From contig JAILJO010000004.1 of the NCBI GenBank assembly GCA_024694675.1, positions 29,407 to 93,406 on the forward strand: a DNA stretch of 64,000 bases, read 5' to 3'. The notes beneath the pieces are model-generated. The model was not told the origin of the DNA. It searched no databases and was given only the letters and a program-made list of their open reading frames with translations. How positions within the stretch are numbered: the first letter of the stretch is position 1; every line of letters starts with the position of its first letter. Positions 60,611 through 64,000 of this stretch are shown here, piece after piece. Both the position numbers and the translations under genes were made by a program. The DNA is from Bacteroidales bacterium. GTDB taxonomy: Bacteria; Bacteroidota; Bacteroidia; Bacteroidales; UBA932.

Positions 60611-60642
60611 ACCGGAATACTTACCTAGGTAAGTCTATTCTG

Positions 60643-62520
60643 TTACGGAGCGGTTATACTGGTAATCTCACTCTGCTTGAAGATCCTGATTTCCAGTTTT
60701 CCGTTATTGACGTCGAAGGTACCGGTAAAGGTAATCTTGGTGCCCTTGGGAAGTGCCTGTGAAGGTTTGAACCGAACGTGGAGCGGGAAAGTTCCTGTAT
60801 CATCAGAAATAGTTGTGATAAAGGAATTTTTATCGGTAGGGGTGGTTTCTTCAAGAACCACATTCTCAAGGTATACCCTGCGGTACATGAGGCCGGCCAC
60901 ATCGGTGAAGCTTGCAAGCGTGCCTGTTACGGGTTTAGGCTGCTCTTCTGCGGGAGCGGCTGTAATTGTTGCATAGTCGAAGGTAATCCAATTGATTGTA
61001 GGACGGCCGTTATCAAGATTGCAGGTGCCGCTCAATACTCCGGAAATCTTGTCGCCCACTTTCAAGCCAGCGCCTCCGGATTTATAATAACGGAGAGCGC
61101 CGGATGCATCTTCAAGATAATTATGATCCGTACCCAGAATATAGTTTACATACAAGCCTTCGAAGACGCCTAAGAATTCGGCATTCTTTGAAGATGTACA
61201 GAGAGCTTGAATATCACTCATGGTCATGGCGGGAATCAGGACTTTTACTGCACCTTCCTCGAAAATCTTCACTTGTTTCTTCTCTTTGAAAGGAGTAACA
61301 ATGGCTGTCATTTCAATGACGGATCCTTTCTTGATTACCTGCGACAGATTTACGTTGGTGTAGAAGATCATATTGTCTTCACCCTGATAGATGGTGTATT
61401 CTGCCTTATTCTGGATGTCAGCGCCCGCAAATACGTTAGTAAGCTTGACTCTCCTGCTGATGAGTTTGTCGAAGTTGGCAAGCACCTCGGCTATGGTCAT
61501 TTCCAAAGGTGCGGAAACCTCTGCCTGCCCTATGGTAATCTCTTCCTGTTTGTAATTAATCTCTGAAATCTCAGGAAGGCCGTTGTAATTCTGCACCTTG
61601 CCCTCAAAGTAGCCAGAGAGCTTGACACCTGCCTGGAGGCCCGAGTTTTTCTTGAAGAGAAGCATTGCAGAAGTGGCATCCTCAAGGAAGACATAGCCTC
61701 CATTGACATATGTTACCACGATATCGTTCAAGATACCCTTGAAATCTGCCGTAGCATTATTTGTTTCAGGCGTAAGGGCCACAAGGTCTGCCAGTGTGTA
61801 TGTCTTTATAGGATTGGTGAAGCCGAGGGTTATAGAACCGATGGCATCATTGCCCACGGTGGCATTCAGGATAGCGCTATATTCGGCACCGGGAGCAAGG
61901 ACATCAGGATTGAGGACTACTTCTCCTTCTGCCTCGGTTGCACCCTTAGCAATAATAACGCGAGGGATGGTGAGAGCCTCTGCGGGCATGGTGGACTTGG
62001 CGTCAAGTGCGATTGCTACAGCGGTGTCTTCCTTGACGGCCCTGCTGGCAGTAGCTTTGACTTTTGCCTTGTTTTCAGTGAAAGCTGCATCTCCTGTGAA
62101 AGTGAAAGTAATAGGATCCTCAGGCTTGGCGTAAGTAATAGTCACCGTCTTCTGAAGGACGACGTCGTTGACTTTTGCGCCGAAGACTGCCTTGTACTCT
62201 TTACCGCCTTCAAGGGCGCCCACAGCGGATATCTTCACTGTTGCAGAAGCTTCCTTGGAACCGGCAGCGACTGTCAGTGTGGCCGGGAAGCTCAAAGTTC
62301 TTTCCGGGAAAGTTGTAGCTTCATCCAGGACGATGGTCACAGTAATGTCTGAAGGGGCCTCTTTGTCACCGGTCACCTTCACCGTAGCCTCAAGGGAGGC
62401 ATTGAAAGCTGAATCACCGGAAATAGTGAAATTTACCGGATCCGGCTGATCCTCAGTGCAAGCCGCAAATGTAAATGCAGCAAGTCCGAGTGTGAAAAAA
62501 TACTTTAAAAATTTCTTCAT
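60643..62520 (-). CDS. Surface lipoprotein with two Ig-like repeats and OB-fold-like repeats
   Basis: Lipobox FAAC; repeated FT.SGD.AF/FT.TGDAAF and (F/Y)LEDA...GL..G.K.SG segments. Confidence 0.75.
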   Translation of the reverse strand: MKKFLKYFFTLGLAAFTFAACTEDQPDPVNFTISGDSAFNASLEATVKVTGDKEAPSDITVTIVLDEATTFPERTLSFPATLTVAAGSKEASATVKISAVGALEGGKEYKAVFGAKVNDVVLQKTVTITYAKPEDPITFTFTGDAAFTENKAKVKATASRAVKEDTAVAIALDAKSTMPAEALTIPRVIIAKGATEAEGEVVLNPDVLAPGAEYSAILNATVGNDAIGSITLGFTNPIKTYTLADLVALTPETNNATADFKGILNDIVVTYVNGGYVFLEDATSAMLLFKKNSGLQAGVKLSGYFEGKVQNYNGLPEISEINYKQEEITIGQAEVSAPLEMTIAEVLANFDKLISRRVKLTNVFAGADIQNKAEYTIYQGEDNMIFYTNVNLSQVIKKGSVIEMTAIVTPFKEKKQVKIFEEGAVKVLIPAMTMSDIQALCTSSKNAEFLGVFEGLYVNYILGTDHNYLEDASGALRYYKSGGAGLKVGDKISGVLSGTCNLDNGRPTINWITFDYATITAAPAEEQPKPVTGTLASFTDVAGLMYRRVYLENVVLEETTPTDKNSFITTISDDTGTFPLHVRFKPSQALPKGTKITFTGTFDVNNGKLEIRIFKQSEITSITAP

Positions 62521-62644
62521 GATTAATAAAAATGTTTTGGTTATATTGTTTTCAGCAGTACCGCATTGTGGTATATATCGCAAATTTATAAAAAAATCTC
62601 ATATTTTAACACAATTATGTATATAATTGCTAACTTTGGGGCCT

Positions 62645-64000
62645 ATGCCTAAACTGCTTCTAATAGACGGTCACGCGCTGGTATTCAAGATGTACTACGC
62701 ATTCCTGCGCAGGCCAATGATAAACTCCAAAGGGGCGGACATGTCCATCCTCTACGGCTTTACGAAATACCTTCTGGAACTGTTCCAGAGGGAGGCTCCC
62801 ACGCATGTAGCCGTGGCCTTCGACCCCCCGGGAGGCACATTCCGCAACCAGATGTATCCGGAGTACAAAGGCACCAGGCCCCCTACTCCACAGCTGATAA
62901 TCGACGCCCTTGAACCCCTCACTGAACTGGTCCGGGCAATGAATATTCCCGTTGTCATGGTCCCCGGTTTTGAGGCCGATGATGTCTTGGGCTCCATCGC
63001 CTCCCAGTACGGAGGCCCTGCCCTGGACGTATTCATGCTAACCCCGGATAAGGACTACGGCCAACTCATACGGGAGCACGTGTTCCAGCTGAGGCCCGGC
63101 AAGGCCGGCTCTGAGACTGAGCTCGTGGGCGTGAGCCAGCTCTGCGAGAAATGGGGCATCCAGAGCCCCTCGCAGGTCATTGACATGCTTGCAATATGCG
63201 GAGACACCGCGGACAACGTCCCCGGCGTCAAGGGCGTGGGAGAGGTTGGCGCGGCAAAGCTGATCGCCAAGTACGGCACTCTGGAGAACATATACGCACA
63301 TCTTGGCGAGCTCTCGGAAAAGCAGGCCGCCATGTTCCGCGAAGCGGAGCCCCACATGGCCCTCTCCAAGGCCCTCGTCACCATCAAGACAGACATGGAC
63401 CTCACCGTCAAACTGGAAGACATGCAGTACAGCGGAGAGTTCCAGCCGCACCTGAAGGAGCTTTTTGACTTCTATGAGTTCTCATCGCTGAGACGCTTCC
63501 TGGAAGGACATATACAGTCCAGCATCAGTCATTCCGGACCTGATCCGGAATCTTTAACAACTGCAAAGTCACTTGATGTCACGGAAGTCCCCATCACCGC
63601 CATCAAGGCCAAGCGCATTGGGATTGTGACCGTGGCTTCCGGGGAGAGCATTTACGCTCCGGTGAAAAGCGTCATTGTCTCAGACGGAGATTTCTCCGCT
63701 TCGGTCGAAATGACAGGAACTTCGGTCGAAATGACAAATATCTCTGCATTAAAGGCCCTTCTGGAAGACGAGAGCATTGAGAAATGCGGAGCGGACCTGA
63801 AGCGGCAGGCGAACCAGTTGCATCATGCCGGGATAGAGCTCAAGGGAAAGTGGAACGATGTAAAGCTCATGCATTACGTCACGGACCCGGAGCGAAGCCA
63901 CGACCCCGTACAGCTCACAAAAACCCTTCTGGGGATAGACCTGGAGGAGGCCCCGGAGACCGTTTCCACGGGCTCGCTCTTTGACGATGAACCCGAAGAG
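62645..64000 (+). CDS. polA: DNA polymerase I (5' part; runs off the window)
   Basis: Manual translation MPKLLLIDGHALVFKMYYAF, FEADDVLGS, PDKDYGQL, GDTADNVPGVKGVGEVGAAKL. Confidence 0.95.
   Translation, partial: MPKLLLIDGHALVFKMYYAFLRRPMINSKGADMSILYGFTKYLLELFQREAPTHVAVAFDPPGGTFRNQMYPEYKGTRPPTPQLIIDALEPLTELVRAMNIPVVMVPGFEADDVLGSIASQYGGPALDVFMLTPDKDYGQLIREHVFQLRPGKAGSETELVGVSQLCEKWGIQSPSQVIDMLAICGDTADNVPGVKGVGEVGAAKLIAKYGTLENIYAHLGELSEKQAAMFREAEPHMALSKALVTIKTDMDLTVKLEDMQYSGEFQPHLKELFDFYEFSSLRRFLEGHIQSSISHSGPDPESLTTAKSLDVTEVPITAIKAKRIGIVTVASGESIYAPVKSVIVSDGDFSASVEMTGTSVEMTNISALKALLEDESIEKCGADLKRQANQLHHAGIELKGKWNDVKLMHYVTDPERSHDPVQLTKTLLGIDLEEAPETVSTGSLFDDEPEE
63528..63553 (+). repeat. REP-like palindrome in frame within polA
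   Basis: GTCATTCCGGACCTGATCCGGAATCT; 23 of 26 positions identical to 42746-42771. Confidence 0.75.
63688..63736 (-). repeat. REP-like element plus a truncated tandem copy in frame within polA
   Basis: Plus strand AGATTTCTCCGCTTCGGTCGAAATGACA then CTTCGGTCGAAATGACA; similar to 20530-20576. Confidence 0.75.

Noticed and set aside
62752-63984. Short ORFs listed at the end of the window
   Set aside because: All overlap the continuous polA frame that starts at 62645.
1-64000. Alternative genetic code (TGA reassigned)
   Set aside because: Many ordinary genes end at TGA at the expected position, including mazG, folP and rsmD.

Overview
A 64-kb stretch of a GC-rich Bacteroidales chromosome (inferred from SusC/SusD, DUF6377- and DUF4492-type genes and TAnnTTTG promoters; probably a gut or rumen lineage). 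Positions 1-37 kb are mostly housekeeping genes: cydAB, mazG, folP, prfA, queF, deoD, uxuA, a GH2 glucuronidase, cstA, rsmD, MATE, ettA and luxS. They are interrupted by a tripartite HipBST-like toxin-antitoxin module, a PIN toxin-antitoxin pair, an 82-bp inverted duplication carrying a promoter and signal peptide, and three or four genes collapsed by internal deletions. Positions 37-60.5 kb hold an unusual utilization locus: MFS, FucI/AraA-family isomerase, PMI-like cupin, ROK kinase, SGNH esterase, DUF6377 regulator, SusC/SusD, lipoproteins sharing an unrecognised repeated domain, three EEP phosphoesterase domains, a DUF6259-like protein and a GntR regulator, with no classical glycosidase that I recognise. 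One of its lipoproteins is separated from an EEP domain only by an in-frame TGA. The window ends inside polA, which, like the ROK gene, carries short palindromic REP-like elements inside its reading frame. I saw no rRNA, tRNA, CRISPR array, transposase or integrase. All family calls come from motif recognition by eye; no database searches were run.
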